A stretch of 64,000 bases of DNA from Bryobacterales bacterium (GCA_965238125.1 OZ250179.1:2918723-2982722), one strand, 5' to 3'; positions 10,581-19,287 are shown, counted from the stretch's first letter. Translations and numbers: made by a program. The notes: a model not told the origin generated them from the sequence alone.

Positions 10581-10607
10581 TAAGCTACCACCGCGAGGAA
10601 AACAGGT

Positions 10608-11072
10608 CTACGTCGAAAGTTCGTTCCGCAGTACGTCTAAGATGAGTTCCAAGTCGGAGATGTAGAGCAGGCGTTCGGCCTCGCGCGTCTTGATGGGGAT
10701 CAAATTGTTGTAGGGGGCGAGAGTGAACCAGGTTCGCAGAATCGTTTCCCGGTCGTCTTCCAACGATCGGACGTATTCCTCCAGGTCGTCGCGCTGTCGT
10801 TCCAGGGGGAAATTCAGCCATTCTCCGAAAACACGTTCGTGACTTTCGCGCAAAATACGATTCGCTTCCTCGGTGGAATAGCGTTGGGCCAGCCCATAGT
10901 GGACGTAACCGCCGGAGTTTTCGTCGCGTAATCCCGATAAGTAGACAATCTTCCCAAAGAGGGTCGGAATCTGTGCAAGCGTGCGCCTCCACAGATCGTC
11001 CATGGCGAGATTCCGATCAGAACCGTCCGGGCTGTTTGGCGGCTCGGCCGGGTTGTTGCCGGTTGGCTCCAC
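10608..11072 (-). CDS. Hypothetical protein (154 aa), convergent with the HTH gene and divergent from the peptide operon
   Basis: Protein-like composition (DDLWRRTLAQIPTLFGKIVYLSGLRD...ILRESHERVFGEWLN); no recognised domain. Confidence 0.75.
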   Translation of the reverse strand: MEPTGNNPAEPPNSPDGSDRNLAMDDLWRRTLAQIPTLFGKIVYLSGLRDENSGGYVHYGLAQRYSTEEANRILRESHERVFGEWLNFPLERQRDDLEEYVRSLEDDRETILRTWFTLAPYNNLIPIKTREAERLLYISDLELILDVLRNELST

Positions 11073-11492
11073 ATCTCAATTCTAACGCCCTGATCGGGCC
11101 GACACAATCCACCAGAGGCTCTTCGGCCGTCTCGGCATCGAGTCGAGAACCCTTGCGTCGGAATCGGCTTTCGCTTTGGCGCTCTAGGACGGGCGGGGCC
11201 GGTCGCTGGACGCAACCTTCTGAATCCTTTTCCGGGGAGGAGGCGGGGCGCGCCTTGATCGCTGCGGAATCGCTTTGGATACGCTTTCGGAAACGCCGGG
11301 GACAAGCGCGTCGGGGGTCGAATGGGCGTGTCGTGGGATCTTCCAAGGGCGCTCCGAAACGATGTGAAAGAGTTTTATGTGCCGGAGCGTTCCGCCTTTG
11401 AAAAAAACAAGCTTTTTCTCCAATCTTTTGGCGACGATCGATTACGATTTGTGGCGGATGAGCCATCTAGTTTCCACAAAAGGAGAAATGCA

Positions 11493-11636
11493 ATGTTGAA
11501 GAACCTGCTCGTGATTGGAGCCCTGTTAGGAAAGCTGGCGATCGTGGGTCTGGCCCCTCAGCCCTCGGTCGGGAACGAAGCGGATTGCCCCTATTGTCCG
11601 ACGCCGGAATGCTTTCCGGGCGACTGCGAATGCTGA
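11493..11636 (+). CDS. Small secreted Cys/Pro-rich peptide (47 aa)
   Basis: AGGAGA RBS at 11481-11486, 6 nt before the ATG. Sequence MLKNLLVIGALLGKLAIVGLAPQPSVGNEADCPYCPTPECFPGDCEC: a signal-peptide-like N-terminus and 5 Cys in the last 16 aa. Confidence 0.8.
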   Translation: MLKNLLVIGALLGKLAIVGLAPQPSVGNEADCPYCPTPECFPGDCEC

Positions 11637-11780
11637 AGGCGCGCACCGGGAGAAGTGTTTCGGTCGTGATGTAAGTGATTTTAACTACAATGGGGTGGAG
11701 TTCTATAAAATCTTTCTGCTCCATTGTGGTAATCTGGTGGCGTCTTTTGACAATGGGCGGTGCAGTTCCGGCCGGACCGG

Positions 11781-11808
11781 GACTTGACGCCCTCCTGACT
11801 TGACGCCC
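11781..11808 (+). promoter_or_regulatory. 12-bp direct repeat GACTTGACGCCC x2 immediately upstream of the 7-TM gene
   Basis: Exact copies at 11781-11792 and 11797-11808. Confidence 0.5.
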
Positions 11809-11810
11809 GA

Positions 11811-12587
11811 ATGACAGCCGCTCTCGGATATGGGTTATACCTTCTGCCCGGCGTGGCACAGCTGGCCTGGGCCGCGCGTCTACGGGGCTTGCGTCTGTTG
11901 TCCAGCTATCCCTCTCTCGCTCTCTATCTTCTGTTTTCCACTCTCAGTTCGTGGCTTGTGCTGACGGCGCACTACCTCTATCGCGGCAGTGAAGCGTACG
12001 GCTGGTTTTTCGTTGTGACTCAGCCGGTGGGCTGGACGCTGTTGTTATGCGTCGTGCTGGAGATCTACCAACGGATGATCCGGGGCTACGAAGGCTTGGG
12101 CCGGATGGGGCGGTTGGTGATGTACGGCGCGGTGGGCGCCTTGGCTGTCGTCTTGACGTTCCTATTGTTGCTGGATAAGCCCGACGGCGCCCTGGGACAG
12201 TGGCGGAACTTTTGGTTCCGCCAAGAGAGATCGGTGTATTTGGGCCTGTGTGGGTTGAGCGTAGTTCTGGCCGGATTCGGCGCCTATTTTCATCTGCGCG
12301 TGGGGAGAAACGTTGTTGTGGTGTTCAGTGCTTTCGGAGCGTTGTTTGTCGGACAGGCTCTTGTTTTGACGTTCGTGGAGCATTTTGAAGGAATGGTGGC
12401 CTGGAAGGATACAGCCCTGCCCCTTTGGCACGGAGCCTGTTTGCTGTGGGGAGCGGCGGCCTTTTCGCTACGCGGCGAAGACAGGCCGGTGAAGGAATCC
12501 GCGGCGTTGACGGCTGCGGCGGAACCTGTCTTGGTGCGGCAGCTGGAGGTTCTGAACCGGGTGCTGCTAAGGATGTTACGACCATGA
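11811..12587 (+). CDS. Hypothetical polytopic membrane protein (~7 TM, 258 aa)
   Basis: About seven hydrophobic segments, YPSLALYL after TM1, and an amphipathic C-terminal helix QLEVLNRVLLRMLR. No kinase or other cytoplasmic output domain. Confidence 0.85.
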   Translation: MTAALGYGLYLLPGVAQLAWAARLRGLRLLSSYPSLALYLLFSTLSSWLVLTAHYLYRGSEAYGWFFVVTQPVGWTLLLCVVLEIYQRMIRGYEGLGRMGRLVMYGAVGALAVVLTFLLLLDKPDGALGQWRNFWFRQERSVYLGLCGLSVVLAGFGAYFHLRVGRNVVVVFSAFGALFVGQALVLTFVEHFEGMVAWKDTALPLWHGACLLWGAAAFSLRGEDRPVKESAALTAAAEPVLVRQLEVLNRVLLRMLRP

Positions 12588-13162
12588 CGACCCTATTGCT
12601 GGTGTCCGTAATTCTCGTCGTTCTTCCCTTGCTTTTGGGAGGAATCGTGATGCGTCTCGGCCGCCGCGCCGAGAGCGTGGACGGCACGGCGGTGTCGTCG
12701 TTGATGGAGTCGATGAATCGCGAACTGAGCTATCTTCCGCTGCAGCGGTTGCTTTTAGGCGGGGACATCGAGTTTCTCCGTGATCAGCCGGGATTTCACG
12801 CTCGGCTGGAGCGTCGTTTTCTCCGGGAGCGGCGTACGGTGGTATTGACCTATCTTCGTCAGATGCACCGGGATTTTGATTTGTTCTCGGGATTCTGTCG
12901 TGACATAGTCGTGCGCAGTCCCAAACCCGGGCTCGCGGTGCTCATCGTCAAGAGGACGATTCTGTTTCACTTTGTTTACGCGGTTTTGATGATCAGCTGC
13001 CGTGTGGGTTCCCCGACTGCGGCCCGGACGTCGTTCGAGCGTCTTAGCGGCGCGATCGCGGATTTGCGACGCGAAGGTGCGCACAAGTGGGCCTTGACAG
13101 CGCGACCGTCGGAATCCTGGGCGTCTTCCACCACGGCGGCGGGGTCGGCGATGGGCGCGTAG
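12584..13162 (+). CDS. Hypothetical membrane-anchored protein (192 aa)
   Basis: ATGA overlap with the upstream stop. N-terminal TM MTTLLLVSVILVVLPLLLGGIVM, then YLPLQRLL..DIEFLRDQPGF..ERRTVVLTYLRQMHRDF. Confidence 0.8.
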   Translation: MTTLLLVSVILVVLPLLLGGIVMRLGRRAESVDGTAVSSLMESMNRELSYLPLQRLLLGGDIEFLRDQPGFHARLERRFLRERRTVVLTYLRQMHRDFDLFSGFCRDIVVRSPKPGLAVLIVKRTILFHFVYAVLMISCRVGSPTAARTSFERLSGAIADLRREGAHKWALTARPSESWASSTTAAGSAMGA

Positions 13163-13849
13163 GTCCGAGGGGGGCCGGAGATCCCCGGCACATTTGTTCC
13201 AACACTGCCGGCTCCAGGGCCGGCGTCTTGGCCTGCCAAGGCTGGGCACGTGCGCGGTGCGCACCCTGATAGCCTGCGGTGCAAATCCGACTAAGCGAAG
13301 CAGCGGGGACAGGGTCGTCTCCATGAATCCGCCGCATTCGTAACACCGCCATGAAAATGGGTGTCGACGGGCCGAAGGGTCGGGCGCGAGGTTCCTGCCG
13401 CCCTCTCAGGCTTGCCCGAGTTGGGATTCTACTCGCGGCTCCGCCTGCCGGCTCTGCCCCGGGCTGGATTGCCGCCACCGCTTTACGGCTGTGGCCGTTT
13501 GCGATTTCACGAGCGGTAGCGTGATCCCTGAAACGATCAAGGGCGATCTTCGAAGGCGTCCGCTTCGCGCCAAGAACACTGACTGATTGAGCGGAACTGA
13601 TTCAGTCGGCACTTGGGACAGCGCTCCCATTTTTTCACGGGCCCCGGGATCGGACCAGGTTCCACCGGTCGTCTTGACTTGGTTGCTCCGGGCGATCCGG
13701 AAGTAATTGCTAAGTTTCTGAGGCGTCTAACCTTATATACTAAAGCTGCAGTCTGTCGGATGGTGGGAAGCGGCTGGCTTCCGCCTTGATCCGATTCCCC
13801 TTGGGCTTGCCGTGGTTGGTGGAACCGCGCGAGCTGTCCGTTTAGCCGA

Positions 13850-15976
13850 ATGGGTGGAATGCGCAATCTCCCCGACGTCCCGACCCTGGATGTCTTTCTT
13901 GGGCTGGTTTCCGCCATTCTGCTATTGCTGGCTCTTGTGTATGTGGCCCGCGAGCGGCCTGAGACGTTCCGCGGTTTTCGGAGAAGGCCGCGGCGACGCG
14001 AGCACCACCCGGTCATCTTTCAAGATGTCTTCCTGCCGGATTCCAATCGAGGACTGAGTTTCATCGGCTCGCTGTTTTGCCACATGGTGGGCTTTTCGTT
14101 GGTCCCGTGGATGCAGTTTGTGGCGCCGCGGGTTACGATGCCCGACGCGCGGGCGCCCGAAATCGTGGAGTTGGACTACCGCATCCCGGACATTCCCGTG
14201 GTTGCGCCCGAAGACCTCTACGAAGAGAAGCAGGACGAGGACTCCTCCGAAGAACGCGACAACGGCGGGAGTGAGGAAGAAGGGGCGAGTTCCAAGCCCG
14301 CCGAAGCCGCCGCCGAGAAAACTCCGAAAAAGGGCGAGGAGGCTCGGGAAGCGCCTGCTCCACCGCCCGAGATCGCGACCGCGCCCGAGCCGCCGAAACC
14401 CGAGCCCCAGGTCTTCCAACAAGTTTTCAAGGTCATATTGCCCGAAATCGTCGGCAAGCACCGCTCACTCAAAGAGATCATTCTGCAAACGAACTCTCTT
14501 CTCGAATTGCCTCCCGAGTACGCGCCGCAATTGCCGCCGATATTGGCCTGGACCCCGAACCCTTTACCACTCGAAAGCGGCATGGTCATCGAACCCGGAC
14601 ACCAACAACCCGAGACCATCGAGCGCTGGGAACTGCCCGAGCAGGTCTCGCACCTCGCGGCCCCGAACCGGGAAATCGTCTTGGCGGATCTCAGCGTGAC
14701 GCCCGTGCCTGTGCTGGTCGAGGACCCGGCGCTGCCAGTCCCGGCGGCCAATGTCCTTCCGCTGGCGGGCTTGGAGATGCCCGAGCCGGTGCAGCCTGAA
14801 CTGCCTTCGCTGGCCGAAGGCGAATCGCGGACGACTCTGATCGCCCTCAGCCAAGAACCAAACCCGCTCACTCCCTCATTTCTGCTGGAAATGGGATTGC
14901 GCTTGGGATCGCTCGACAGCGCGATGGAAGAGGTCGAGGATCCCCCCGCTCAGAGCGAGGCGGACGAAGAAGAGCCGGAACAACCTCCCGAGCCCGAGCC
15001 ACCCCCGGAGCCTGAACAACGGCTCGACGAACAGCCGGTTGAAACGGCCTTGGATACCGCGGACGAGACCGCCGATCCCACGCCCGAGCCGACCGACGCC
15101 CCGCCGACGATCGTCGAGAGTGACGCCCCAATCACCTATGACGAGGTGGCGCCGTTCCCGGCGGAGTTCGACCTTTTCGCCGCGGAGGGTGTTTCCGATG
15201 TGGCCCCAATGATGGCGCAAGCGGTCGACTTCGAAGCTGAAGGCGAGGGACGGGGCGGAACCGCGACGGAGGGCGCCGGTATGGACGAAGAAGTCGCGCC
15301 GGTGGAAGTGGTCGACATTGCCTCGGTGCGGGTCGGAGGGTCGGGAGACCCGAGCCTCGGCGGGCCGGCCATCCTGGAACTGCCCGGCTCCGGAGGGCCC
15401 GGCACGGGGAATGAAGGCGAAGGAGAAGGCAAAGAGTCGCCTGAAGCAAACGAAGGCGACGGCAAGGGGACCCGAACGGGCAGCGGCACGCTGAAGCCTT
15501 TGTCGAGAAAGCAATACGGCATTATTTTGGTGTCGAACGTGCAAACGACTCTGACCAACACAGCCGGCATCCTCAAGGGCAACCCGATCTATATGATTCA
15601 CCTCGATGTCCCCGAAGCACTGCGGAAATGGACGTTGCAATTTTGTATTCCCGGTTCCGGCTCGCGAAAACTCGATACGTCGACAGGCATAATTCGGATA
15701 CTTCCCAAGAAGAAAGTCGCGCCGCCGTTTCCACTAGAGCAGAAGCCGCTGCGGCTCGAGGCGGCGCCGGCGACGCCGGAGCGGCCCTTGGAAGTGGTGA
15801 TTTACGCGATCGTCGACGAAGAAGGCGGATTGGGCAACCTGAGGGTAGTTCATGGCGCGGACCCGCAAACGGACAACACGATCCTGGCGCATCTGGAATC
15901 GTGGGATTTCTTGCCGGCCTTTCGCGGAGAAGAGCCGGTTCTCGTGGAGGCGCTGTTCGGCATTCCACTCCCGTAA
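13850..15976 (+). CDS. TonB-like protein: two N-terminal TM segments, long acidic Pro/Glu-rich linker, C-terminal TonB_C-like domain
   Basis: C-terminus VVIYAIVDEEGGLGNLRVV..DNTILAHLESWDFLPA..GEEPVLVE resembles TonB_C. EPEP/PEPE repeats. Confidence 0.65.
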   Translation: MGGMRNLPDVPTLDVFLGLVSAILLLLALVYVARERPETFRGFRRRPRRREHHPVIFQDVFLPDSNRGLSFIGSLFCHMVGFSLVPWMQFVAPRVTMPDARAPEIVELDYRIPDIPVVAPEDLYEEKQDEDSSEERDNGGSEEEGASSKPAEAAAEKTPKKGEEAREAPAPPPEIATAPEPPKPEPQVFQQVFKVILPEIVGKHRSLKEIILQTNSLLELPPEYAPQLPPILAWTPNPLPLESGMVIEPGHQQPETIERWELPEQVSHLAAPNREIVLADLSVTPVPVLVEDPALPVPAANVLPLAGLEMPEPVQPELPSLAEGESRTTLIALSQEPNPLTPSFLLEMGLRLGSLDSAMEEVEDPPAQSEADEEEPEQPPEPEPPPEPEQRLDEQPVETALDTADETADPTPEPTDAPPTIVESDAPITYDEVAPFPAEFDLFAAEGVSDVAPMMAQAVDFEAEGEGRGGTATEGAGMDEEVAPVEVVDIASVRVGGSGDPSLGGPAILELPGSGGPGTGNEGEGEGKESPEANEGDGKGTRTGSGTLKPLSRKQYGIILVSNVQTTLTNTAGILKGNPIYMIHLDVPEALRKWTLQFCIPGSGSRKLDTSTGIIRILPKKKVAPPFPLEQKPLRLEAAPATPERPLEVVIYAIVDEEGGLGNLRVVHGADPQTDNTILAHLESWDFLPAFRGEEPVLVEALFGIPLP

Positions 15977-16138
15977 AGAGAATCGGGCGCTTGTGATATC
16001 CTGCCGGCAGAGCGTTGTCAATCGTCGGATTCTCCGGCCGGCGCCCTCACTGAAGTACGAATTGTTGTCATGAAGTGTTGTTTCTCCGGTAGAGAAACCC
16101 CGGCTGAAAAGCTTTTCATTCTGTATTACCCTCCCGCG

Positions 16139-16810
16139 ATGGTGCATCAGAAGTGGGAGAAATCGGTGTACGCATGCGCGAGCGCGGGCGAAGCTTTGCG
16201 CGAAACGGCGGACCGATTACGCGGGTTCTTCCGCCGCTACGTGTTGGGGCGCAAACCGATCCTGGGCTTCGCGGTGGGCATCGCGGGCTTAGTCCTGTTC
16301 GGCTCGTGGCTGGATATGGCTGCTTCGGGTTGGGAGCAGGCGGGTTTTCTTCACCGTTGGGGACAACTTTTCGTCGCGCTGATCTTGGTGTCATACGGGT
16401 CTTTCCATGTCCGGCGGTTTTTGCGCCGCCTGCGGCGTTGGAAACAAGGAGGCCGTGAGACCGTGCGGGCGGAACTCGAAGAGATCGAAAAGCAGATTGC
16501 GCGCTTGCCCGACAACCCGACGGCCGAGGAGGCAGCGGATAGTATGCGGCGACGATGTCCCGAAGTGCTCTCTCTGCTGGCTTTTGACGGTACCTACTTC
16601 CACGCTTTCACCTACCTTGATTTCGTGATGTTCTCCGAGCTGAAGCACCCAGCCAACCAAGAAGAGTTGCCCGATAAGCACAGCTTGAACCGAGACGCCT
16701 ACTACGTGGGGGACGTGGTCTACGACAACTGGCGGATCTTCCACAAGGACGACCGCGAGGTCGAGGACCCCCGCTTTGTCGGCAGCGGCGGACGGCGGGG
16801 CGTCATCTAA
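16139..16810 (+). CDS. Hypothetical membrane protein (2 TM)
   Basis: Two hydrophobic helices followed by a soluble domain; start uncertain (ORF open from 16070). Confidence 0.55.
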   Translation: MVHQKWEKSVYACASAGEALRETADRLRGFFRRYVLGRKPILGFAVGIAGLVLFGSWLDMAASGWEQAGFLHRWGQLFVALILVSYGSFHVRRFLRRLRRWKQGGRETVRAELEEIEKQIARLPDNPTAEEAADSMRRRCPEVLSLLAFDGTYFHAFTYLDFVMFSELKHPANQEELPDKHSLNRDAYYVGDVVYDNWRIFHKDDREVEDPRFVGSGGRRGVI

Positions 16811-17019
16811 CGCCAAGCCTTTTTCGGGCGACCATCATTCCGCGGAAGAAAACAAAGAGCGGAACCGCCTCGCTGAAAAACCCCGACGCGACCGCCCCCT
16901 GGGCAAGCCCAAATGGTGACGCGCTTCCAACTTGGACCTTGCAACGTAGCCGGTTGAAATAAAGGGGTTTGGACCCCGGTGTGACGCGGCTTCAGAGCCC
17001 CGAATTCATCAAGAATACG

Positions 17020-17028
17020 TGCTATAAT
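17020..17028 (+). promoter_or_regulatory. Extended -10 promoter TGCTATAAT
   Basis: TGn-TATAAT lies ~35 nt upstream of the winged-helix gene start. Confidence 0.55.
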
Positions 17029-17062
17029 CCGTTAAGTTTGCCGAAAGGCTCATCCTTCCGAG

Positions 17063-19227
17063 GTGTCTGCGATGCAATCTGGACGAGCACCAGGCGGAGT
17101 GATCCGCTTCGGGGTCTTCGAGGTGAACCTCGCATCCGGTGAGCTGCGCAAGGGAGGCGTACGGATCAAGGTCCAGGACCTGCCGTTCCGCTTTCTGGCC
17201 GTGTTGCTCGAGCGGCCCGGCGAGGTGGTCACTCGAGAGCAACTGCGCGAGACGCTTTGGCCCGACGGGGTCTACGTCGATTTCGACCGCAGTCTGAACG
17301 CGGCAGTTAGCCGCATCCGGGATGCGCTGGGCGACTCGGCCGAGACCCCGAGATTCGTCGAGACCCTTCCGCGAAGGGGGTATCGATTCGTTGCCCCGGC
17401 GGAGGGATTCGCGGGAGAGCGGCAGGAAGCTCCGGCGCGAGCCCGGCGACGACGCTTGGCATGGGTCGCCGCGGCTGCGGCGGCCGTTCTGATGATCGCC
17501 GGGGCGGCCTTTTGGAACTTCATGCCGACCGCCCCTGAAGCCGCCCTGGAACCCATGCGGCCGGTTCCGCTCACCAGTTACCCGGGCCATGAGGGCGGCG
17601 GTTCCTTTTCCCCCGACGGCAATCAAATGGCCTTCCCGTGGAACGGGGAGGAGCAGGAGAATTACGACATTTACGTCAAGGTTGTCGGGCCCGGGCCCCC
17701 TCTGCGACTGACCACCCATCCCGACTGGGATGGCACCCCCGCCTGGTCGCCGGACGGCCGCTGGATCGCCTTTCTGCGCGGAATTCCCGAAGCCAGAGAG
17801 AAAATGGGCCTCTACCTGATTCCTCCTCTTGGCGGGACGGAGCGCAAACTGGCGGGGACGCGGGTTCCTTCGACTTATCTTCTGGGGACCTGTCTGGCCT
17901 GGTCTCCGGACAGCACTTGGCTGGCCGTGTGCGATTGGGCGGAGGATTCGCCCGGGCGGTTGAGCGTATTCTTGCTCTCGGTGGATTCCGGCGAAAGGCG
18001 AAGGCTGACCCGGCCGCCGGAAGACTCGGGCTAGGCGACGTCATGCCCGCCTTTTCTCCCGACGGCCACACGCTCGCCTTTTCCCGCTACGGCTCCGGGG
18101 TGAGAAGCGATCTCTATCTGCTGGATCTCGACGAAGATTTGAACCCGCAAGGCGAACCTCGACGCCGAACCTTTGTGGAGCAGATGACAATGGCCACGCC
18201 ACAAAGTTTCACTTCCGACGGCCGCGACATTGTTTTCTCGGCGGGGCCTGTGACCAATCAAAGTCTTTGGAGAGTGCCGGTATCGGGGACCGCCTCGCCC
18301 GAGCGGCTGCCGTTTGGGGAGAGCGGATTTTGGCCGCAACTCTCCCGTCAGGGGAATCGGCTCGCGTATACAGTGACGAGCTGGAACCTGAACATCTACC
18401 GCCTCAACCTGCCCGTCGCGGACGGCCCGACCGGCACGGCGGTCAAGTTCATTTCTTCTTCCCGCTTGGACCTACAGCCGCGATATTCTCCCGACGGCAA
18501 CCGCATCGCGTTCGTTTCGGATCGCTCCGGCGGCTCCGAAATCTGGAAGTGTGACAGCGATGGTTCGAACCCTGTACAGTTGACTTCGCTTGGCGCGCCG
18601 ATGACCGCCTACCCCCGCTGGGCTCCCGATGGGAAGAGTATCGGATTCAACTCCGATGCCGAAGGGCATTCCGATGTCTACGTCGTGGACGCCGAGGGCG
18701 GCGCGCCTCGCCGTTTGACGAGCGATCCGTCGTTCGAGGAGGCACCGTCTTGGTCGAAAAACGGCGAGTGGATCTACTTCGTTTCAAGCCGGCGCGGGCA
18801 TCCTCAGCATTTCAAGATGCCAGCGGGAGGAGGTCCCGCCCAGGTCGTTACAGCCGGGCGGCCGCCAAGGATGGAGTCACCCGACGGCAAGTGGTTTTAC
18901 TTTACGCGCGGCCCCAACCACTCTGTGTGGAGAATGCCGGTCGAGCGAGGCGGTGAAGAGACTGAAGAGGATGCCGAGCAGGTCCTCGAATCTTTGCACG
19001 ACCATTTCTATGAGGTCGTCGAGGACGGGGTCTATTTCGTCCCTCCATCGGAGGAGGACGACTATTCGCTTCAATTCCTTCGCTTTGCCACGGGCGCCGT
19101 CGAGCCGATCCATGATTTCGAGAGACTGCCTGGCCACTTTAGCGTCGCCCCCGACCGCCGATCGATTCTCTTCGGCCAATTGGAGCCACTGGAGGCCGAC
19201 CTCATGCTGGTCGAGAATTTCCGCTGA
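17063..19227 (+). pseudogene. Winged-helix (CadC/OmpR-type) DNA-binding domain + TM + TolB/PD40 beta-propeller protein, frameshifted near 18030
   Basis: IRFGVFEVNLASGELRKGG..IETLPRRGYRF, a TM helix, and repeated FSPDG/WSPDG motifs. A frame change at GACTCGGG-CTAGGC restores EDSGLGDVMPAFSPDG. Confidence 0.85.
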
Positions 19228-19287
19228 GGGTGGGGCGGCGTTTCGATGGGTAACGGAGGGTCCGTGAGAAATACCCGAGGGCGCGGG

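Larger units (their letters stand above)
7644..10645 (+). pseudogene. XRE-family HTH regulator with S24/LexA-like C-terminal domain, interrupted by two IS630 copies and a 2-bp insertion
   Basis: Pieces are 7644-7983, 9079-9487 (extra TA at 9225-9226) and 10583-10645. Joined, they give 810 nt = 269 aa in one frame: MDPGLKLKKVREKLGLRYRQVEQAS...SRLADIENKG...MPL|KLEPG...DDYMM|YPLVRPGSLVQID...VDVIGQVIGVAMHL|SYHREE...LR*. Confidence 0.85.

Noticed and set aside
11322-11492. ORF-track 5' extension of the peptide (104 aa)
   Set aside because: The RBS and signal peptide support the ATG at 11493; the extension is promoter-like AT-rich DNA.
13163-13849. Short ORFs in the 690-bp gap before the TonB-like gene
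   Set aside because: No motif, RBS or coding-like composition; treated as a regulatory region.
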